DNA of 32,000 bases, from contig MGVF01000115.1 in the NCBI GenBank assembly GCA_001800355.1, positions 1 through 32,000 on the forward strand. The letters run 5' to 3'. The DNA comes from Elusimicrobia bacterium RIFOXYA2_FULL_50_26 (lineage in GTDB: Bacteria; Elusimicrobiota; Endomicrobiia; Endomicrobiales; XYA2-FULL-47-53). The notes beneath the pieces were generated by a model, which had not been told where the DNA came from, made no database searches, and saw nothing but the letters and a program-made list of their open reading frames with translations. Below, in pieces: positions 26,044-32,000 of the stretch (the stretch's first letter is position 1; every line of letters begins with the position of its first letter). A program made the position numbers and the translations under genes.

Positions 26044-26153
26044 TGGATTTACCTCCTTGTTAGTTATATTTCTCATTTCGTCCGATGTCTTGCTATTGTA
26101 ATAACTGTCGCTTATGAAATATGTATGGAAAAAAAATGTAATAATTGTGAAAT

Positions 26154-27317
26154 TTATCTTATTGTTTTTAAATCATTAAAGTATTGTTTATACCATTCCT
26201 TAATCATTTCACCTGTAGGTTTGGTGGAATCACTTAGTTGTATCTTTATGTCATCGCGTTGGTACTGGTAAATTTGCACTGTATTATCATGCTCATTGTA
26301 GAATCCCATCAGCCTGCCGGTGTAATATATCCACTCTTTAATTTTGTACTCATTGAATACAGTATAAAGCGGTTTGGAATTTATGTCATAATATGTCGTC
26401 TCGTTTGTTCTCCTGTCAAAGGTATACGCCAGTTTTACTCCGTCATAGCAATAATCCTTTACAACCCCGCCTTCACTTGACGTGGTATATACAGGTTTGC
26501 CGTTTTTATAATATGTAATGTCGCCGTACGTCGGTCCCATGTTTGATATATCTACCGATTTTTCAAGTATAGTATTGCCACTGGCATCTTTTTTGTAGCT
26601 ATATTCGGTTATTTTGTCTCCCTTGTAATTTTCAGTGTGGCTAAGGTTGCCGTTTTTGTTGAAATAACTTTTATTTCCATATACGTCTTCTTTATATTCC
26701 ATTCTGCCCTGGTTGTCGTAAGTATACTGCGCTATCTTGTTGCCTTCGAAATCTTCGTCGTAAAGGGCCTGGCCTGTTGCGTTAAAAATAGTTTTGGTCA
26801 TTGTAAGTTCGTCAAGCACATGTTCCACGTTCTTGCCGTACTTGTCATATTTATAACTTTTTACTTTGTTGCCTTCATAATCGTATTCATTCATGACTTT
26901 GCCGCCCATCCCCAGTTCCTGGTGGCCGATTTTTTCACCGGCGGCTGTCTTAACTATCACCCTGTTTGTGCCTTTTTCTCTTTCCGATATTTCTATAACG
27001 TTACCGTCAACGTCTTTCTTAATGGTCTTGCCTGACAGGGAGAATTCCTGCGAGCCGTCAACGTTCACTTTTACCGTAAGCCCGCCGCCGGGCGTGAAGT
27101 AAAGGCGGTTGCCGTACTTGTCCCTTGCCGCTATGGGGCGGTTGGGGAGGATGTCCACCATGTAATTGGGCTTGCCGAAATCCTGTTGTTCTACCGGCCT
27201 CAATTGATCTTGCGGGCCGAAATTAACACGGGGGGGTTCCAACGCTTCCATAAAACCGAAAGCGGTGTTATTGAGGAAGGCCAGCGTGGTAATAATTACG
27301 GGAATTGTTTTTTTCAT
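26154..27317 (-). CDS. secreted YD/Rhs-repeat protein (no Rhs core or toxin domain)
   Basis: Signal peptide MKKTIPVIITTLAFLNNTAFG. Repeats include YDYEGNKVKSYKYDKYGKNV, QYTYDNQGRMEYKEDVYGNKSYFNKNGNL and EYSYKKDASGNTI. Very AT-rich coding sequence. Confidence 0.7.
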   Translation of the reverse strand: MKKTIPVIITTLAFLNNTAFGFMEALEPPRVNFGPQDQLRPVEQQDFGKPNYMVDILPNRPIAARDKYGNRLYFTPGGGLTVKVNVDGSQEFSLSGKTIKKDVDGNVIEISEREKGTNRVIVKTAAGEKIGHQELGMGGKVMNEYDYEGNKVKSYKYDKYGKNVEHVLDELTMTKTIFNATGQALYDEDFEGNKIAQYTYDNQGRMEYKEDVYGNKSYFNKNGNLSHTENYKGDKITEYSYKKDASGNTILEKSVDISNMGPTYGDITYYKNGKPVYTTSSEGGVVKDYCYDGVKLAYTFDRRTNETTYYDINSKPLYTVFNEYKIKEWIYYTGRLMGFYNEHDNTVQIYQYQRDDIKIQLSDSTKPTGEMIKEWYKQYFNDLKTIR

Positions 27318-27377
27318 AATTTTTCTCGCGCTTCATTAGTATTATAAGGCAAAAATAAGTAAAAGTCATTAAAAATT

Positions 27378-27395
27378 TGTGAAAGTTTTGTGAAA
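27378..27395. promoter_or_regulatory. tandem GTGAAA motif (TGTGAAAGTTTTGTGAAA, 11-bp period)
   Basis: Its reverse complement, TTTCACAAAACTTTCACA, matches 29971-29988 at 16 of 18 positions. It sits about 60-80 nt upstream of the 27317 start. Confidence 0.4.
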
Positions 27396-27417
27396 CACAT
27401 ATGCCTGTCAGTGCATT

Positions 27418-27636
27418 TCAATGGAGTGTTCCGTTATCATCCATGGATATGCAAAGCTCCTTTAACGCAATTTTGACCATCTGGTCAACCGTAACGTTGT
27501 AGCCACGGCTTTCAGCATATAACCTCATTTTTTCTGCGGCTCCGCATTCAATCGCTTTCCATACAATTTGCGGGCCGATGCTTTGAAGGATGCCGAATGC
27601 CTTCGCTTCCAATCGTATGAATTCCTGGAAAGACAT
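27418..27636 (-). CDS. small hypothetical protein (72 aa)
   Basis: ATG at 27636, preceded by AGGAAG. No recognisable motif. First gene on the minus side of the divergent intergenic region. Confidence 0.45.
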   Translation of the reverse strand: MSFQEFIRLEAKAFGILQSIGPQIVWKAIECGAAEKMRLYAESRGYNVTVDQMVKIALKELCISMDDNGTLH

Positions 27637-27749
27637 TGGAATCACTTCCTTTCGTTTCGTTTATTTTATTCTCCTGTTGATATAATGCGGCCAGCGTGAG
27701 TTGCAGGGTTGAAAAAAATGTGAAATTATTGAAAATTTTGGTTCAAAGC

Positions 27750-27778
27750 TTGACAAACAGTTGCTTTGCTATTATACT
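27750..27778 (+). promoter_or_regulatory. sigma70-type promoter, TTGACA-17 nt-TATACT
   Basis: TTGACA at 27750-27755, a 17-nt spacer, and TATACT at 27773-27778. About 70 nt upstream of the GTG at 27846. Confidence 0.6.
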
Positions 27779-27845
27779 AAGCGTGCCTTAATTTGTGCAT
27801 TTGCCGTTTTGGCGAATGTTCTTTTTTTGTATTAAGGAGGTCCCT

Positions 27846-29969
27846 GTGCGGGCTATTTCTTCCTCGATTGCAATAATGTTCTGTTTTATTTTCTTTGCTT
27901 CACCTGCCTTTTCAACGTCCGTCGCCATACATTCACCTGTCGAACTTTTACTGGTTAATCCTTCGCCGCAGGCGACCGCCATGGGCGGATGCAGCGTTGC
28001 ATTAACGGGTGCCGAATCATCAGCTGTCGGCAATCCGGCATCCCTGTCGACTATTTATAATAACCGGTTGTCATTAAACTATGCTTTCTGGCCGGACGAG
28101 GTTAAGTATATGTTTGCGGGCATGGATATACCTCTTCAAACAGGCGCCTTGGGCGTTTCCATGTCCATGCTTTCCTATGGAAGAAACGCTGCCGGTTTTG
28201 ATGACGCCGGCAATGCGTATAACCTGGAATCATCTAACGAAACGGCGGCAATGTTAAGCTACTCCATCCCGGTAATAATTAAATCGCCTCTCGACTTGAA
28301 AATCGGGCTTGTAGGAATAAATGCGAAATTTATAAACAAAAAACTTGCGGATTATTCCGAAGAATCTCCGGGCATGGATGCCGGCGCGATATATTTCGTG
28401 CCGTTCATAAGGAATTTAAACATTGGTGTAGTAGCCAGGAATTTTGGAGCCGTGCCGTCGTTGCAATCGTTGGGCGCGGGGATCTCTTATTCCAGTCCTG
28501 AATTTGAGCAGCTTATTCTATCGGCCGATGGTAATTTTCCTTCGGAGGGGCAATCTTCATTATCGTGCGGCCTTAGAATGTCCCCGGCCAGGACGGTGAA
28601 ACTTTACGCCGGATGGCAGGATATAAATGCGGATTCGGGCGCAGGCCTCAGGGTAGGCATGGGCATAGATATTGGCGATCTGTCATTTAATTATGCCATA
28701 GCTCCTTTGAAGGAAGCCGGGCCAATGCAGTCCGCAGGCATTCAGTTGGCATTGGGAGCGCTGGCAGATCCAAGGATAGCCGCGGATTACCATCTTAAAA
28801 AGCATTTTTCCCAGGCCAGGGACCTTTTTAACCGTAAGAATTACGTCAAGTCGCGTTTTAAACTTGATCAGATACTGTCCCTTTATCCGGAGTACATGCC
28901 TGCTCTCGAATTGAAGGATAAAATCGGCCAGCTTGCGCAGGATAGCGGTTATCGCAAAGAAATAGAACTTTACCATACGCGTGCGGAATTGGCTTTCAGC
29001 AGGAATGATTTGCTGGTTGCCAGTAAGTATTACACGCTGATTCTAAACATGGACGATGAAGACGTTCTGGCGAAGAACGGGATAGAGAAAGTTAAGAATG
29101 TCATGAATGAAATACAATTGGAGAAAGTCAGGGAAGAAAACCGCGAAATGCTGGAGCGGTTATGGAAAATTGCCGTTGGGTTTTATAACAGGGGCGAATA
29201 TATAAAGTCCAAGGAAAGGTTTCAGGAAATACTTGTTACTGACCCAAAGCATGAGGCGACGCTGAAGTATATTTCAGATATTGATAACCAGATTGCAAGC
29301 ATAACCGCTACCCAGGTTAATGAAATGTACACCATGGGAACGGAGCTTTTTAAGAACGGCAGGTATGATGATGCCATACGCTATTTCGAGGCGGTCGTCA
29401 TTGCCGCGCCGCACCGTATAGACGCCGAGGATTTTATAGCGCGGTGCAAGGAAAAAATACAGGAAGGCGAAGAAAAAACGCGTTCCGACCGTCTTGCACG
29501 TGAACAGGACCGCATGAGAAATGAAGTTGAGACCGCCTATAACCGTGCGCTTAAACATTTTGAAAATGGGGATTACGTTCTGGCGCTTGAATGGTTTAAC
29601 AAAACCGAGGATATAGCCTCGAGATATGAATTTAAGCAATACCGCGATGAATCCAGGAGATACGTTGATACAATCAAGGCGGCCCTCGCCGAAAAGCATT
29701 ACAAGCTGGGCTTTAATTTTTATCAGCAGAATCGTTTCGAGAGCGCTTTTTCAGAATATCGGAAATCTCTGCAGTACAATCCCGAGAACCCTTCCGTAAA
29801 AGTGGAGCTGGATAAGCTGGCGCGCAGCCTTGCCCAGCAGTATTATGAACGGGGTATGAGCCATTATACCCAGGGGCAGATGGATAAGGCCAGGGAGTAT
29901 TTCAGAAAGTCTCTTTCCTACAAGCCGGACAAGGAAGAACCTTTGCGCGCCCTGGAGCGCATGAAGTAA
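27846..29969 (+). CDS. outer-membrane beta-barrel (FadL/PorV-like N-terminal motif) with long C-terminal TPR array; paralogous architecture to 444-2015
   Basis: GTG at 27846, 5 nt after AAGGAGG. Signal peptide ...FFASPAFS|T. Barrel motif PSPQATAMGGCSVALTGAESSAVGNPASL. Beta-rich to about aa 300, then at least six TPR-like repeats, for example GRYDDAIRYFEAVVIAAPHRIDA, NRFESAFSEYRKSLQYNPENP and GQMDKAREYFRKSLSYKPDKEE. Confidence 0.65.
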   Translation: MRAISSSIAIMFCFIFFASPAFSTSVAIHSPVELLLVNPSPQATAMGGCSVALTGAESSAVGNPASLSTIYNNRLSLNYAFWPDEVKYMFAGMDIPLQTGALGVSMSMLSYGRNAAGFDDAGNAYNLESSNETAAMLSYSIPVIIKSPLDLKIGLVGINAKFINKKLADYSEESPGMDAGAIYFVPFIRNLNIGVVARNFGAVPSLQSLGAGISYSSPEFEQLILSADGNFPSEGQSSLSCGLRMSPARTVKLYAGWQDINADSGAGLRVGMGIDIGDLSFNYAIAPLKEAGPMQSAGIQLALGALADPRIAADYHLKKHFSQARDLFNRKNYVKSRFKLDQILSLYPEYMPALELKDKIGQLAQDSGYRKEIELYHTRAELAFSRNDLLVASKYYTLILNMDDEDVLAKNGIEKVKNVMNEIQLEKVREENREMLERLWKIAVGFYNRGEYIKSKERFQEILVTDPKHEATLKYISDIDNQIASITATQVNEMYTMGTELFKNGRYDDAIRYFEAVVIAAPHRIDAEDFIARCKEKIQEGEEKTRSDRLAREQDRMRNEVETAYNRALKHFENGDYVLALEWFNKTEDIASRYEFKQYRDESRRYVDTIKAALAEKHYKLGFNFYQQNRFESAFSEYRKSLQYNPENPSVKVELDKLARSLAQQYYERGMSHYTQGQMDKAREYFRKSLSYKPDKEEPLRALERMK

Positions 29970-29970
29970 C

Positions 29971-29988
29971 TTTCACAAAAATTTCACT
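29971..29988. promoter_or_regulatory. tandem TTTCAC motif (TTTCACAAAAATTTCACT, 11-bp period)
   Basis: 16 of 18 positions match the reverse complement of 27378-27395. It lies 70-90 nt upstream of the receiver gene. It could also be read as -35 TTTCAC with a 17-nt spacer and TATAAA at 29994-29999. Confidence 0.4.
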
Positions 29989-30057
29989 TTTATTATAAAC
30001 CAATTCCTTAGCTTACAATTACTACGTAGTAAAAGTAACGGTTATAGGGGAAGGCAG

Positions 30058-30435
30058 GTGAACGAAATGGCGACAATTCTTATCGTCGAAGATGAAGAGT
30101 GGATCGCAAGCTTGATGAGCGAGAGGCTTCAAAAGGCAGGGCATCATACCGCCACTGCCATGACGATAAGCGAGGGAATGGCAAAACTGAAGGAGTTGAA
30201 GCCCGACGTTGTAACGCTTGATATAATTATGCCGGACTGTTCCGGGCTTGAGATGTTGCGAAGCATAAGGAAAGATCCTGAAACGTTTGCCATACCCGTG
30301 GTCGTTGTATCTTCTACTGATGAATCGGAACGGGCTTTTTCACTTGGCGCTGATGGTTATGTGCAGAAGCCGGTAAATTTTTCAAAATTGCTTGATGCGG
30401 TGAAACATTTCGCAGTTCTTGATAAAGTGTCATGA
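30058..30435 (+). CDS. single-domain CheY-like response regulator receiver
   Basis: ILIVEDEE, acceptor VVTLDIIMPDCSG, VVVVSST, VQKPV. The start is GTG 30058 or ATG 30067; this is not resolved. Confidence 0.85.
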   Translation: MNEMATILIVEDEEWIASLMSERLQKAGHHTATAMTISEGMAKLKELKPDVVTLDIIMPDCSGLEMLRSIRKDPETFAIPVVVVSSTDESERAFSLGADGYVQKPVNFSKLLDAVKHFAVLDKVS

Positions 30436-30992
30436 AGAAAAATATAGTAATTATCATGTTATTTTCAATGCTGGCTAATTTTCTGCTTCCGCGCTGTGCG
30501 GTGGAGCTGAAGGATTATGAACTGCTTTCAGGTATAATGAAGAGCCAGTCTATACTGTTTTACATGTTTTATTTCCAGATAGCCCCTTTAAAAGTTGTGA
30601 AGGCGCTTTATGGTAAGCAGGAGTCTTGTTCCAGGGCAACTAAAACTGAGGAAAAGGACAATCAGTCTCCGGCGCACGCAAACACGTCAGCTGATTTTTC
30701 ACTGGTTGGCGCAGATAAGTCGGTCGTTTTGAACCGTCTTTTAAAAGGGATGTGCGCAGGTAATATATGGCAGTCATTATGGATGCCGGACAAGCGCGAC
30801 ATTATCAAGTCCAAGACATGGATAAATCGTTTCAGCGGCGGTTTTTTTAACGTAACAATTCTCATCCTTGCTATTTTTATGGTTGCCCGCCCGCGCAGCG
30901 GAATCGAATACTTATTTTTACCTTTATATATTTTACGAAAACCCGGTTTTCACGAAAACCCGGGTTTTTTTATTTCCGAGGTGACACTATGA
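30432..30992 (+). CDS. hypothetical membrane protein (uncertain)
   Basis: ATGA overlaps link it to the receiver gene stop (30432-30435) and to the next start (30989-30992). It has two hydrophobic segments. Its 3-prime end reads through a terminator-like hairpin. Confidence 0.45.
   Translation: MKKNIVIIMLFSMLANFLLPRCAVELKDYELLSGIMKSQSILFYMFYFQIAPLKVVKALYGKQESCSRATKTEEKDNQSPAHANTSADFSLVGADKSVVLNRLLKGMCAGNIWQSLWMPDKRDIIKSKTWINRFSGGFFNVTILILAIFMVARPRSGIEYLFLPLYILRKPGFHENPGFFISEVTL
30938..30975 (+). terminator. terminator-like hairpin inside the 3-prime end of ORF 30432-30992
   Basis: AAAACCCGG (30938-30946) pairs with CCGGGTTTT (30960-30968) around a 13-nt loop, followed by TTTATTT. Confidence 0.35.
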
Positions 30993-32000
30993 AAAAAATC
31001 TTAAGGCGATTGGCGGACAATGCCATGCGAATTACCGCGCTTATCACGGCGATGGCATTTCTTTCCTTCGAACTTGTGTGGGCCAGCGGCTATTCGGATC
31101 TTCTTGATAATATGCGTCAAAAGAAGAAAAGCCAGCTTGACAATATAGCCGTCAGTTACAAGGGAATGATGACCCCGGGCATGGCCCAGAGTGGCGGGTT
31201 TACCCAGGTTACAGATAACGAAAAACAGCAAGTATACTTCCTCGATACGCATAAAGAGCTTGCGAAAATAGTGGATTTAAGAAGCGGGTTGACGGCTGTA
31301 TTTCGTAAAAGCGCGCAAAATCCAGAGAAAGTGGTTGTGTCGGTTGTAGATACCGATGACAGCATTATCGCTTCCGGTACGATAGAGAGCATTGACCTTG
31401 AGAAGGTATTCAACGCGAATCGCGGCCGCGCAGCTGCCGCGCAGTCAAATATTGACGGGGCCAAAGTTGCGGAATCCGGGGGGGATTTTGACGTAAAGAA
31501 AGCGAACGCCGCCCAAATGGATGGGGCAAGTCCGGATAACGTTGTCGAATATGTCAGGTCGTGGCTTGACAAAAATGCTTCTTTTCTTAACATACCGCTA
31601 CAGGCCGTTCAAAAAATTGTAAGCTACCTGTCGGATAACAAGGATAAGATATTTAACTGCGCCATCGAAGCTATTTCCAATGTATTTGAATTAGGCAGTA
31701 TATTTTTCAATAAGGAAGAAGTTGCGGCTACCGCGATATTGCTGGATATAATGACCGGCACATTTGATATTGGCGGCCCTGCCGAAGACATGCAGCTTAG
31801 CATGTATTCCATGCTGAAAACGGCGGAGCTTTACGGCATACGCATGACGGGTTACGATACGGATATTAGCGGCCTGTCTGCTGCCGTATCCGCCGGCAAG
31901 TCGGCGGTGGCGCACCTGGATTTGGGCCAGGGGCAGAGTCATTTTGTCGTTGTTAACAGTGTGCAAAACGGGATAGTGTCATATACTGATTCCGACAAGA
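30989..32000 (+). CDS. secreted protein with C-terminal peptidase C39-like (papain-fold cysteine peptidase) domain; partial, runs off the window
   Basis: Not in the supplied ORF track because it has no stop. I translated the frame from ATG 30989 by hand and found no stop through 31999. GAGGTG lies 6 nt upstream. Signal-like ITALITAMAFLSFELVWASG. Cys motif IFNCAIEAISNVF. LSMYSMLKTAELYGIRMTGY...SAVAHLDLGQGQSHFVVVNSV...YTDSD fits the C39 Cys...His(HfvVv)...Asp layout. Confidence 0.6.
   Translation, partial: MKKILRRLADNAMRITALITAMAFLSFELVWASGYSDLLDNMRQKKKSQLDNIAVSYKGMMTPGMAQSGGFTQVTDNEKQQVYFLDTHKELAKIVDLRSGLTAVFRKSAQNPEKVVVSVVDTDDSIIASGTIESIDLEKVFNANRGRAAAAQSNIDGAKVAESGGDFDVKKANAAQMDGASPDNVVEYVRSWLDKNASFLNIPLQAVQKIVSYLSDNKDKIFNCAIEAISNVFELGSIFFNKEEVAATAILLDIMTGTFDIGGPAEDMQLSMYSMLKTAELYGIRMTGYDTDISGLSAAVSAGKSAVAHLDLGQGQSHFVVVNSVQNGIVSYTDSDK

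Noticed and set aside
27418-27636. 72-aa protein as a double-glycine-leader peptide substrate for the C39-like peptidase
   Set aside because: The N-terminus MSFQEFIRLEAKAFGILQSIG-P loosely recalls a GG leader. However, the -2 position is Ile rather than Gly/Ala/Ser, no ABC exporter with a C39 domain is nearby, and the peptidase itself appears to be secreted. The idea is unsupported.
423-27795. Upstream alternative starts given by the ORF track (423, 2031, 8149, 12702, 18123, 19585, 23579, 26076, 27645, 27795)
   Set aside because: In each case an internal ATG or GTG has a better-spaced Shine-Dalgarno sequence and yields a sensible signal peptide or a conserved N-terminus. The longer forms add non-conserved residues. 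12702 versus 12708 remains a close call.
31001-31966. Four minus-strand ORFs near the window end (31001-31252, 31156-31593, 31624-31812, 31691-31966)
   Set aside because: They overlap each other and the uninterrupted plus-strand frame from 30989, which has a ribosome-binding site, a signal sequence and a recognisable C39-like domain.

Overview
This window looks like a chromosomal segment of a diderm, probably uncultivated-lineage, bacterium. Most of it is a GC-moderate core; the last ~9 kb is visibly more AT-rich and looks accessory.

Layout:
1. 5-6366: a tightly packed five-gene plus-strand operon. It encodes a small secreted FlgD-Ig/T9SS-CTD-like protein, an outer-membrane FadL/PorV-like beta-barrel with a C-terminal TPR array, a REC-wHTH-REC response regulator, a Cache-HAMP histidine-kinase-like protein whose H-box lacks the histidine, and a membrane protein that reads as a natural FliF(C-terminal ring motif)-TM-FliG(middle+C) fusion. 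No other flagellar genes are present.
2. 6418-12458: a consensus sigma70-like promoter, a ~140-nt imperfect hairpin, tRNA-Lys(CTT), tRNA-Leu(TAG), then tig-clpP-clpX-lon. The ClpP has Asn at the catalytic Asp position.
3. 12469-15637: a class-V aminotransferase and serA, bracketed by two inverted copies of a ~115-130 bp nested-palindrome (MITE/REP-like) repeat. A 26-bp direct duplication around a GC hairpin separates the two genes.
4. 15648-22764: an ABC ATPase, an ABC-2 permease, a His/Cys-rich membrane protein, a REP-like element, a TolC-like protein and an RND pump. No periplasmic adaptor gene is present. The block ends at a bidirectional terminator.
5. 22827-32000: the AT-rich accessory block. 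It holds orphan secreted proteins, two with degenerate YD/Rhs-type repeats. It also holds a second beta-barrel-TPR outer-membrane paralogue co-transcribed with a CheY-like receiver, a small membrane ORF, and a C39-like cysteine peptidase ORF that runs off the window and is missing from the ORF track. A TTTCAC/GTGAAA-based motif recurs in every intergenic region of this block.

Best candidates for an undescribed system are the FliF-FliG-like module with its barrel-TPR/two-component partners, and its paralogous barrel-TPR/receiver module in the accessory block.

All family assignments come from reading motifs by eye. No searches were run.
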